A DNA stretch of 64,000 nucleotides from Epithemia pelagica (Eukaryota > Protista > Bacillariophyta), in NCBI GenBank assembly GCA_946965045.2, contig OX337234.1, forward strand, positions 2,046,001-2,110,000, written 5' to 3'. Under the pieces are notes generated by a model. It was not told the origin of the DNA and searched no databases. It saw only the letters and a list, made by a program, of their open reading frames with translations. The position numbers and the translations under genes were made by a program. Of the stretch, positions 1 through 10,332 are shown piece after piece; position 1 is the stretch's first letter; every line of letters begins with the position of its first letter.

Positions 1-676
1 ACTCCACCAAGCCTTGGGCGGCATGACAGACCGCGGGAGCATCGGCTCGAATCACGACGGGCGTCCAGGCCGGATCAGACCAGTCCAATGGCGTAAGGGT
101 ATGATAATCGGTCGCGGCCGCAGTGTTGGATGCTAACGGCGTTGTCGACGACAATGTCGACGAGGGCATGGCATTCAACGTGCCATCGGTGGTTGGTGTC
201 GCGCCTCCGGTCGTCGTGGTGGTAGTAGTTCCAGAGGCGGCGGCATTGGACGCCATGGATTCGTGTTCCTTGGTGGCGGCGACTACCGAGACTCGCACCG
301 GCTGATGCGTCGAGGCGACTTGGGCGGCGGACTTTTGCAAGGCTGCTACCGTTTGTCCTCGTCGTCCAATGACGGCTCCCACACTGGCAGTGGCAATGTA
401 CAACGTCATAGTCATGGTATAGGGTGGCAACAAGACGGATTGATGATGCGTCGCAATGCATTTGACCATGCGTTCCCACGACGGTGCTGCTGCCGTGCTG
501 CTGCTGCTGGTCGTTGCGGTGGAGGACGAGTGGCCGTCGGCGACGGCAAAGGGACAAATGAGTTTGCGAAGGGAAGCATCGTCCACAAGTTTGACCGGAT
601 CCGATGGACTCTCGTCTCCAGTACCACCACCCATGCCGCTGGTTGTGGGCGGGGCTTGTACTTCGACCGACGCCAT
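1..676 (-). CDS. KH-domain RNA-binding protein, 5' part (runs off the window edge)
   Basis: Manual minus-strand translation from the ATG at 676 (MASVEVQAPP...) is open to the window edge. It contains TLYIATASVGAVIGRRGQTVAAL, a KH-type GxxG loop. Absent from the ORF track because no stop lies in the window. Confidence 0.7.
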   Translation of the reverse strand, partial: MASVEVQAPPTTSGMGGGTGDESPSDPVKLVDDASLRKLICPFAVADGHSSSTATTSSSSTAAAPSWERMVKCIATHHQSVLLPPYTMTMTLYIATASVGAVIGRRGQTVAALQKSAAQVASTHQPVRVSVVAATKEHESMASNAAASGTTTTTTTGGATPTTDGTLNAMPSSTLSSTTPLASNTAAATDYHTLTPLDWSDPAWTPVVIRADAPAVCHAAQGLVE

Positions 677-1375
677 GGCAGTTTGTTGTCCTTGTCTCTG
701 AAAATCGCTCAACCGCACCAAACCCAACCAAACACTCCCGAGTCCCGAGTCCTTAGTCCCGGATTGGTGCATAAAGCGCGTCCCATCTGCGTCCCTTTAG
801 TGCGACTTCTCCAGACGCGCAGCACGACTCAAATCGATTCTGATAAAAACTTGACTCGTGTCATTGTCATAGCTCGGGTCAGACTCGTACAATACTTTTT
901 CTGCACAATAGAAAGAAGACGCCCATTCCGAATTGTACTCTTGGACTACTACTGTTTGTGCGACCAGTTCCAACTCAACGGATCGGTACCGATTCTTGGT
1001 TTCTCCTCCAATTGCGCTCGTGGCGGGAAAAATTGATCCTGTCCAATCCATAGTATGGCCCTCGTGCCGACCGACTCTACAAGAGTTGTCTTTAGGACTG
1101 ACTCTTCTCACAAAATACCCAAGCCCCTTGTTCCTTGTTCTTTTTTGGCCAGAGAGGGGAATTGGACATTGGAATTGGAGCGACGCAGGACGAAACAGGA
1201 ACCACCACAAAAGCCAAACCAAGAAAAGCTGAAAAACCAAACGAACACACGATTGCTACACACAAATCCGAAGATTGCGTAATTTGGTGAAAAAGGTCGC
1301 GGTGCCAACTCGTTCTTCCTATTGTAGTTTCTCGTTGTCGTCGTTGCGTTATCAGTCATATACTACGGGGACACC

Positions 1376-3259
1376 ATGTTTCGATTCCAAGCACCCAATC
1401 GAGGATCGTCCTTCCTTCGAGGAGGCAGCAGTCCAACCAATTCTGGAATTTCCAGAGGAACTCGCATCCTGGGCTTGGCGTTGGCCTTTGTGACGGGCAT
1501 GGCGGTGATGCAAACCATGATGTATGCCTCGCAAGCCGCCTCGCACGGTCGGAAATCCACCACTCTGTCCTTGTACCAACACGAGATTCGACCCGTCTTG
1601 AGGAATCCATCCGATCATCATTACGGCAAGTGTCGATTTTTCATGGCCGAATCTGCCGTGGCGCCCAATTCTGGTTTGGGCATGTTTGTTGGCACGGGTT
1701 TGCTCAAGGGCGACATGGTGGGGTTCCCTGACATTTGTCTCTTTGTGACGGCACCTCCCAATCATTGGACGCATTTGCACAGTCACACGTGGGGTCGTGG
1801 CATGTACTTTGGTCAAGACGAAGGCCGAGGCACGCGGATTGCCTGTGAGGGATATGGCACTGTCTTTAATACCATGCCTCGCAGTCACATTAATGTACGC
1901 ATCCAGTCGGCCATTCAACAGACTCATTCTGGATCGACACGGTCGTTGCCGGGGGCGGGCAGTATCTCGCATCATTTTGGCGTGCATGGTGTGGCCACCG
2001 ATACGATTCCGCCGGGTAGTGAATTGACCATTGATTACTACGATTGGGATTTGGACGAGAATGATTTCAAGGGGATTCGTCGTCCCCAACGGACCTTGCC
2101 CGATTTGGAACAGAATGGATGGTGCATTGATCACATTGAAGTCCGACCATCCACCATTGCCGGGGCCGGTCGAGGTGCCTTTGTCAAACGACCCATGGCG
2201 CAGGGCAGCGTCATTGTCCCAGCTCCCTTGCAAGTCTTTGCCGATCGGGCCGACTTTCAAACGTCGCAACCCGAACAACTCTATGTGAACTATTGTTTGC
2301 AACCCGAAAACTCCAAAATGCTCTTTTTCCCCTACGGTCCTGGTGTCAATCTCATCAACCACAACCACCAAAGTCCCAATGTCGGTCTCCGATGGTCCAC
2401 CAAACCCATGCACCATGGGGAACTCCTCCGTATGAATTATACCGCCTTTTGGGAAAAGGTATGGCCTGGGTCGTTGATTTTGGAGTTTGTGGCCTTGCGC
2501 GATTTGAGTCCAGGAGAAGAATTGTTTTTGGATTATGGAGAAGGTTGGGATGCGGCCTGGAAGGCTCACGTCGAGTCCTGGAAGGCGCCCCTGGATGCCC
2601 AGGACTATGTCTACCCCCAAGATATGGATGAGACGGCTCCACTTCGCACCGTCGAGGAACAAGAGAAGGATCCCAATCCTCCCAACCTCATTACCATGTG
2701 CAATACCCAAGACTATGATCGAGAAGAAGGACATTTCCACAGGGAATGGGAAGAGTCCGGTGAGGAAGAATGGTGGTGGAACATGGCGTACGTGTTTGTA
2801 TCGACAGGACTGGAGGTTGAGGTCCGAGGCATCCTCGTGCGAACGATACACATGTCTCACAAACGGTTGCTCTTGTTTGTTTTGTAGGTATTGCCATATT
2901 TTGGATCGCCAAATGGGTGACAATGGTGCCTTTGAGTATACCGTAGCCTTGATTCTGAATCATAGCGGGGACAATGGCCGGTACACGGAACAAGATCTCG
3001 CGTACGATCCCACCGTAGCCTTCCAACAACGTTATGTGGATACCAAGGTTCCTCGCAGTGCTATTCGGTGGATTGAAAAACCCTTTCATGACGATGAACA
3101 TGTACGTTGTTACCGCTAAGGACTTGTTTTCCAGCTCTGTCCGCACTCACCATTTCATGGTTCGTTCTTTAATATTTGACACAGCTTCCCAATGCCTTTC
3201 GACACCCGATCGAATTTCCCAGTGCTCTCGTTTCCGAGGCGTGGATCGCGGAGAAGTAA
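1376..3259 (+). CDS. Tandem SET-domain protein with N-terminal signal/anchor (3 exons; introns ~2788-2887 and ~3102-3184)
   Basis: Two SET-like units: ESAVAPNSGLGMF...VATDTIPPGSELTIDY and PSTIAGAGRGAF...LINH...VALRDLSPGEELFLDYG. Hydrophobic stretch ILGLALAFVTGMAVM near the N-terminus. Last exon LPNAFRHPIEFP...AEK* ends at 3259. Confidence 0.8.
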
Positions 3260-3716
3260 ATCTGCGTTTTCCCGGGGGACGGATCTGGTTCCCAGCGATT
3301 CTGCTAAAAGGGTCTTGAGAACAATACACACAGATATATATACGTCAATGATGATAGTACCAAAGCAGTTGGTGTGGTGTTGAGGGGATTTATCGAGCTA
3401 TTGCCAGAACATGCTAACATCTTACTTAGGTAGGTAGAGACCCTATTCTATTGACACTATCCCAGCTACTCCTTCTACGTATTCTTTATTCTTGATTCCT
3501 CCATCCAAGATACCATTTCCTGTCAAGATGACTGCATTCTCGCTGAGACATCAATTGTGCCTTCTAGTACGGATTCTACGTCGGGGTTAACATTTAGGAA
3601 CGCGAGGGTGTCCATCAGAGGTCGTCATCGATCATCGCCAAACTTTCTCTTCTGCTCACAATTTGCTTGTGCAAAAACTTTAATCGTTGCAATTGATACT
3701 ACCGAAACACTTCAAA

Positions 3717-6700
3717 ATGTCCTTCAACGATCGATCGCGTCACCATGGCGGCCATGGTGGATACTACGGAGATCGTGGTGGTCGTGGAGGAGGCCACCAG
3801 CCTCCTCGTCGCGACAATGATGGTGGCCACCACCAACGAGGACGTTCCGATGTTCGCGGTTTTCAACAAGGTGGTGGGTCCCGCGGTACGTACGGTATGG
3901 TTCAGCATCACGCTTCAAGACCTTCCTTTCCATTTTCCTCGAGTTCTCACATCAGAGTTTCATGTTTAAATCACTGTCATTTTCTAGGAGGTGATCGGAA
4001 CGATCGATCTCGAAGTCGTGGTCCTCCTCAGCGCGGAGGTCGGGGCAATCCTCACGAGGAACGTCTGGCTCGAATCCGTTGGGAAGAACAGGGACTCGAT
4101 GTTCAAGCCAACTTCTTCAAATTGTCATTTCAAGTCAGTGGAGTGCAAACATGGTATCAGTATCAGATTCAAATGAACAAGTATTCCCGAAAAGCAATTC
4201 GGGACAATGACGGGAATGTTGTCAAGGACGAGAGCGGGAATACCGTCTATGAGGAACCCGTCATTGGGAAGCCCCTCTTTTATGATGAGGACCTATCCGA
4301 AGAGGGAACAGAAGAGGGAAAGCGCCAACAAGCACGCAAGAATGGCTCTACGCATATCTCGCGACGTGTGCTGCGGGCACTGCAGACAGAGCATAATCTG
4401 GAGTTTGTGTCCGATGGAACCAGCATGGCATTCTCTGCTACACAACTGGAAGGATTCACTACACAAGTTGACGATCGACGACGACGTGAGGTAAACCGTC
4501 CTGAGGCTGGTGTATACGGTAAGCCGAAACGACCCGTGGTTGCTCCTTTCTATCTTGATCTGTGTCTCATAATATGTTCTGCGTTGTTTCCTATCAGGCC
4601 CAGCCGACACACGCGGTGGACTCCCAAGTACCAATCAACAACCAATCATCAAGCCCTGGAGGGTATTTCCTCCCGTTCGAGTTTTACGCCACTGTGATGA
4701 CGACGAGGACTATCAAGGCCCTCGCTCCAGCAAGTACGTTTGGTTCCAGGTGAAGATGACGGAGGTGGGGGCAGTCTCGTTCAATGTAAACAATGGCAAA
4801 ATAGAAGGCCTTGCAGATAATCAAGAACAAGCTCCCTGTCAGGCCATCAATCTGGCTGTGCATAATGCCATGCTATGGCATATGCTGGCACTACGGAAAG
4901 GCCCTTTTTTCTTCAAGGAAGACATCTACAGGCGAGACGTTGCTTTTGACCCTTTGAGCATGCCTGTGTATGGCTTGCTTCAAAATGCAAAGCTTACTCA
5001 AGATGGGTTCTGTCAGCTTGTAGCTGATCTTGGTCTAGGTAAGAATCATTACGAGATGGGACAGTGCCCACCAACCAAAAGCTATGATCTAACGAAAAAT
5101 TATACTTTACATGTAATGAACAGGATGGAAGAAACCAGAATTTGGCAGAAACGGTGACCCCATTCCGCTCTTGGAGCCCCGTCAACATAGTTTTGGTGGT
5201 CGTCTCGCCGGTATTTGGATTGAAAACCTCTCCGAACCTATTCCAGAAAATCAGCGCCAAGAAGTTCATCAAAGTCTCCAGAAAGTCACATTCCATATTC
5301 GCTATCGATGTGGGGAGCGTTGGATCAACGAGATGATGCAAAAATCAATTAGAGGGGTTGACGATAACGACCTTCGCGGAAAGGAAAAGAAAGTCCGTGG
5401 CTGGGCAAAGAAGAAACTTCCCAATCGGAGGCTTATGAAGCTGTCCAACACAGTTCCACTGGAGACCAACATTGTCTGGGCTGCGGATGATCCCAACTTG
5501 TTTTCGTTTGAATTCGAGTTTCGAAATGCACAAGGAGAACGTGAAGAAAGCCGCAACATCACAGTTGCAGAATACTTTGCAACTAGATATGACATACGTC
5601 TTAAATACCCCAAAATGCCATTGGTGAGGATCAGCAAAGAAGAATATTTCCCGGTTGAATTCCTGTTCCAGACACAAGGACCTGCTCGGAACGAAGCAAA
5701 TCCGGAACGCGTCACACAGTTCGCTCTGAAGTTCAACGACGATTTTGCTTGCCAAGATCGTATGACGGAGATCAAGCGTCTGCTGAGCGGTTCGAGCATT
5801 GCCGATCCATTGCAACAGAAGCTTCAACTTCTCAATCTGAACCTTGATACATCCCCACTGGAGCTCCGAGCGAAGGTTTTGAAAGTACCAATGCTCCGAT
5901 ATGGTAGGGAAAGAAATCGAGCCAATGAATTAGGAAGAAAGGTTGAGATATCGAATGGATCTTGGAATATGCAAGGAGCGGCATTTCAGAGACCGGCAAC
6001 CTTGCACTCTTTCGCGGTAGTCAATCTGGCTGGCGCTCGCTTTCGTCCCAACCTCCCTAATGACCTTTTCGCAGCGTTGAACCGACACGGTATTGAACGG
6101 CCGTTCTTGGGAAGCGCTGTAAATCCGTCACCATTCTGGGACCAATTGATGGTCTCCATGGATCCTGAGCGACCCATTGGTGAATGGAAGAGATGCTTCG
6201 AAGAGGCTCGCAGTCGAGCTCGAGACACTTTTTTACATGGAGCACTTCGTCGTGGCGTATGTTTCCGCACCATGGCCCTCATCGATCGAGGGGAGGAGGG
6301 ACGAAAGTCGATGGAAGTGATGGTACTCCCTCATTCGCTTGTTTCAACAAATCCTGCCCATATGCATGACCAGGGTCAATACGTCGTGATGGACTACACA
6401 CGCTTCAAGACTAATCAGCCATCTCACTTTTTGACTCTCAATGATGGAACTATTGTCAATGCCTCGTTTTTGTATCGTATCCAAGGCCAGCTGTTCCTAC
6501 TCTCTGAAGTGAGATTCAACGGAACTTCTGTGGAGATATTCACTCGTGGACAGTGGCAAAGTGTTGCTGCCAATGTGGAACATGTTTTCGTTGACCAGAA
6601 CCGCAATCCGATTCAGAATATTCAGTACCATGAGATTCAAATGACAGTTACGGTCCACGGGGAAGATCGCACCGTGGGACATCTGGTTGACGAGAATTTG

Positions 6701-8346
6701 ATTGAATGTCCGTCAATCCTATTCGTCATCTTACCAAAGAAAGCTGACTCCACACGTATGTACCATACAAGCAAATGGATGTCTTATATTGGGACGCAGG
6801 TAAACTGTAAGTATGGGTTTGCGTGCGCGCTGGTATCTCTTTCTTGAGTTTCTTGACTGATTGACGAGTTCATTGATTTTCTAGCCCAAACACTGAACAT
6901 GGAATCCTATGACCGGCAGCGGAATTCAATGCAGTATTGCTCCAATGTTGCATTGAAAATTAACTCGAAACTCGCTTCTTCATTGGATTGCGCTTGTGCC
7001 TGGTCATGGGAAGAACAATATGAAGACGGGACATCTGATATTGCCCGAAAGTGGCTGGGAGAAGTTCACACCCTTATTATTGGTTTGACCAAGGCGGCTG
7101 GTACGTCAACATTGTATTTCGTGTCCAAAAGACCATGACACTAACGACTTTGTTGCAGGTCAAGGCCAATCCTCCAAAATGGTTGTTGTTGGTACGGGAT
7201 ATCTATCTGTTGGAGGACAAACGTGCTGCTTTGAAGGACGTTACCAATCCAAATCTCCCATCATTGATCGCTCCGTTGTCCGCGATATCGCAAAGGTAGG
7301 CGTAAGAGCAGCTTGCTATTTGCTATGCAATCCTGAACCAGACTAACGGTCGTTTCGCCTTCTCTTGTTTGAAAGAATTTGACCGTACAATTTCACCGCT
7401 TCAATGGTGCTCTTCCAGAGCGAATTGTTGTAATCCGTTGCGGAGAACATGATGGGCATTTCAAAGGTAATGTCACGATTTCTTTTGATAGCACATGCTG
7501 CACAAGTCAACGCTCACTTTGGATCACTTCGTCCGAATCTCAGACATTCTTGAAAAAGAGATCAAGGGGATCCGAGAAGGCTGTGAAGCAGTCCCCACCT
7601 GCCGTCCTTTAATTACTTGCTTGGTTGCGCAGGGAGGAGGAGGAGGCCGCCACAACATTCGCCTTGTTCCAACTGACCGTTCCGTTGAACTGATTCGGAA
7701 CAACAAGAACGTGCCTTCCGGTACATGTGTGGATAGTGATAAACTTCTTGTGCCCACGAATGATGCAGTGAAGCAGCATGAGAATCAACTACGCAAAGGA
7801 GGAGTGCGGGAGGGACTCCAGCTGTACGGGTCCACCAGCAAAGTTTCAAATGACTTTTTCCTTGTCTCACAAGGTGGCCTTAAAGGAACTTCGAATGGTG
7901 TTTTCTATCGAGTGATCCTGAACGAGAACGGGATCTTTCACTCCGCCAAGGCTACACCGCTTACAGGTGACGTTCTTCAGCGACTTGTGTATTCGTTGAG
8001 TTTTATCTATGGTACGTGAAACCTGAGTTGAATAGAACGAAACTCCCGCTCCAACTTGCCGCCGTGGATTTAACCAAATTTCCGTCCTTTATTCATCCCA
8101 GGTAAAGCAACCAAGGCGCCCCGTGATTCAGCTCTGATGAGGAGCGCGGATCTGCTGGCAAATACTTTACTTGGTATGATAAGTGCCATGACTGTTGAGG
8201 ATCAAGAACAACTTTTCCCGAAACACGCTGATCCTACACTAGATGGAGCGAATATCTACGGTGGCAGCCTTCTTCCGTCCTTCGGCCCATTTGCTGCCAA
8301 TCACATTGATGTTGAAGACCCCTTTCGTCCTCATGTGCTTGCGTAG
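3717..8346 (+). CDS. AGO: Argonaute-family protein, divergent and probably non-slicing (about 9 exons)
   Basis: RGG-rich N-terminus. N-domain VQANFFKL...WYQYQI. PAZ TVAEYFATRYDIRLKYPKMPLV...YFPVEFL. L2 NGSWNM. MID LFVILPKK...MYHTSK...SQ...QYCSNVALKINSKL. PIWI RHNIRL, NVPSGTCVD, DFFLVSQGGLKGTS, LQRLVYSLSFIY. GT-AG introns (e.g. 4519-4597, 6807-6884, 7101-7158, 8012-8101) join the ORF fragments in frame where checked. Confidence 0.93.
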
Positions 8347-8746
8347 TGTCAGACTTGCCTGATGCATGTTTAAAGGCACAGCTTGAATACAACAATGTGA
8401 AACTACTGCATGGCAGAAGAAAGAAGTCCACAGATGTAGGAATTCGAAAATATAGTTCTATGAGATACATGTTTTGCTTGGACATTCGCACCGCTATAGC
8501 TTTCTTGTCTTGTGTGGATATCGATACTTGGGAGCCGTCGATGATTCAACCGCATTGGATTGACCAATTTCCGCATCTTCGTTCCTCATGGGAGTATCTC
8601 ATATGTCATCATTAGGTCTTCTTTCTTCTTCCTCTCTAGCCAACGGTTTCCTGCCTGATACTCGCTCAAGGTTTGTGTTGACCCGATGAAGTACCAAAAG
8701 GTCAAAAGTTAGCTATAGTACTTATTAAACCACCCCCCCCGCCGTA

Positions 8747-8828
8747 GCATTCGTGGCCGAGCGGTCTAAGGCGTTTGACTCAAGTTCAAATGTATTCGTA
8801 CTCGTGGGTTCGAATCCCACCGAATGCA
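8747..8828 (+). tRNA. tRNA-Leu(CAA), intact
   Basis: Acceptor stem GCATTCG/CGAATGC with discriminator A. A-box TGGCCGAGCGG. Anticodon arm TTTGA-CTCAAGT-TCAAA. Long variable arm GTA-TTCG-TAC. B-box GGTTCGAATCC. T5 run at 8836-8840. Confidence 0.97.
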
Positions 8829-8898
8829 CAAAATCTTTTTGTTATGGGGAGGCAAGTAGCGTAGTATAGGAGTCTAATTCCTCTAAAGGTACTACCCA

Positions 8899-8949
8899 GC
8901 ATTCGTGGCCGAGCGGTCTAAGGCGTTTGACTCAAGTTCAAATGTATTC
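8899..8949 (+). pseudogene. 5' part of a second tRNA-Leu(CAA), interrupted by a transposon
   Basis: Identical to 8747-8797 (GCATTCG...AATGTATTC), then switches abruptly to the element's left TIR. Confidence 0.95.
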
Positions 8950-8970
8950 GGAGTTTGCGGAAATCGACCC
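8950..8970. repeat. Left terminal inverted repeat (21 bp)
   Basis: GGAGTTTGCGGAAATCGACCC, inverted relative to 14022-14042. Confidence 0.95.
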
Positions 8971-9247
8971 GTCCGCCCGGACCATGAGATAGGGGCCCGA
9001 TCTTCTAGATATGGCAGTGCCACTAGAGTAGTTAATATGTTGTGTTTTGTTGCTAGGTACTCCTAGTAGTTTTTAATATGTAGGAGTATGACTAGTTGTA
9101 TGTTGTATCAGCTGTCCCAAGCCAGTGAGGATTCCAGTTTCCAGTATTTGCCCTCAAGTGACAAAATGTGAGACGACAAAATTTTCAAAGTAGGCTTTCA
9201 ATAGCCCCGGGACCAGGGGCTGTTTAAGAATAATGTGGAAAAGTTAT

Positions 9248-9653
9248 GCCCAATCTAATCGGGTGGAGCCCAATCTAATCGGGTTGAGCCCGTTTAGATC
9301 GGGTTGAACCCGATTAGATCGGGTTGAGCCCGTTTAGATCGGTTTGAACCCGATTAGATCGGGTTGAACCCGATTAGATCGGGTTGAACCCGATTAGATC
9401 GGGTTGAACCCGATTAGATCGGGTTGAACCCGATTAGATCGGGTTGACACCGCGTTAAATCCCATAGTAATCATCATTAGATCGGGTTGAGCAACCCGAT
9501 TAGATCGGGTTGAGCCCGATTAGATCGGGTTGAGCCCGATTAGATCGGGTTGAGCCCGATTAGATCGGGTTGAGCCCGATTAGATCGGGTTGAGCCCGAT
9601 TAGATCGGGTTGAGCCCGATTAGATCGGGTTGAACCCGATTAGATCGGGTTCA
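9248..9653. repeat. Tandem array of a 20-bp palindromic unit RCCCGATTAGATCGGGTTGA (10 units, 28-bp interruption, one partial unit, 8 units)
   Basis: Directly visible. The core (AA)CCCGAT-TAG-ATCGGG(TT) is an inverted repeat with a 3-nt loop. Confidence 0.97.
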
Positions 9654-10332
9654 TCGAGATAAGCCTACTACAATGGCCCTGCGTCACATTTCAGAAATGA
9701 GGAAACGAAATACCACACACAGACGACTGGTTCGCGTTCTCGTTCCCTTGTCGTCAAAAAATAACACGATTTCATTAGTGTTAAGGTACATGTTCATGGC
9801 GGACGGAGTCCTCCCCGTTGCAAAACCTATCTACCCGTAGAAGTGTCCTCTTAGCCGCCCTAATTTCCAATGAAAATAGGGGGGGAGAAGGCAGAGGAGA
9901 GGGGGAGAGGAGGGGGAGAGAGAAGGAGAGAAGAAGGAGATTCCGTAAGTCAGATTCCTTCATGAAATCGATCCGCGTATTGCTCGCAGTCTCACGTTTG
10001 TTTCCTCTGACGTATGAAATGTTCTAGGAAGCTCCAAGCTTCCCTCAGAGGGGAGAAGGCACTTCCCCTCCAAAACGATTAAGCCCTTCATGTCGTTTCA
10101 GCACCTTTTTGTTATTGAAACGACATTCTACACTGGTACAATCCTCCCGACCATCCGATGACCTTTCACGTGGTTCTACGTAGCATGTGATGAGGCGTAT
10201 CCAGTCTGTGCTTCGCATCACGATCGGAACTGCTTGCACCTTGCACAAGATCTTGTCATAATTTTTTTTGCTACGATGTTACTCACTACGAATTTTTCTT
10301 TTTGTTGTTTGTCATGCAGGTATTCAGGTCAA

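Noticed and set aside
1352-2923. Long antisense ORF (523 aa), and similar ones such as 35196-36215, 30556-31488 and 32064-32963
   Set aside because: These are shadow ORFs opposite well-supported genes, explained by codon bias, with no recognisable motifs.
8950-8984. Element left end restoring the tRNA 3' half (GCGGA/TCCGC hairpin with TCGA in the loop, followed by ...ACCA)
   Set aside because: There is no GTTC B-box and no strand able to pair with the GCATTCG acceptor. The resemblance is too weak to call a reconstituted tRNA.
9248-9653. CRISPR-like array
   Set aside because: The units are head-to-tail with no unique spacers (only one 28-bp interruption), there are no cas genes and the context is eukaryotic.
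8899-9653. Pol III transcription from the split tRNA through the palindrome array
   Set aside because: The B-box is displaced by about 5 kb, and T4-T5 runs near 9045 and 9070 would terminate Pol III before the array.
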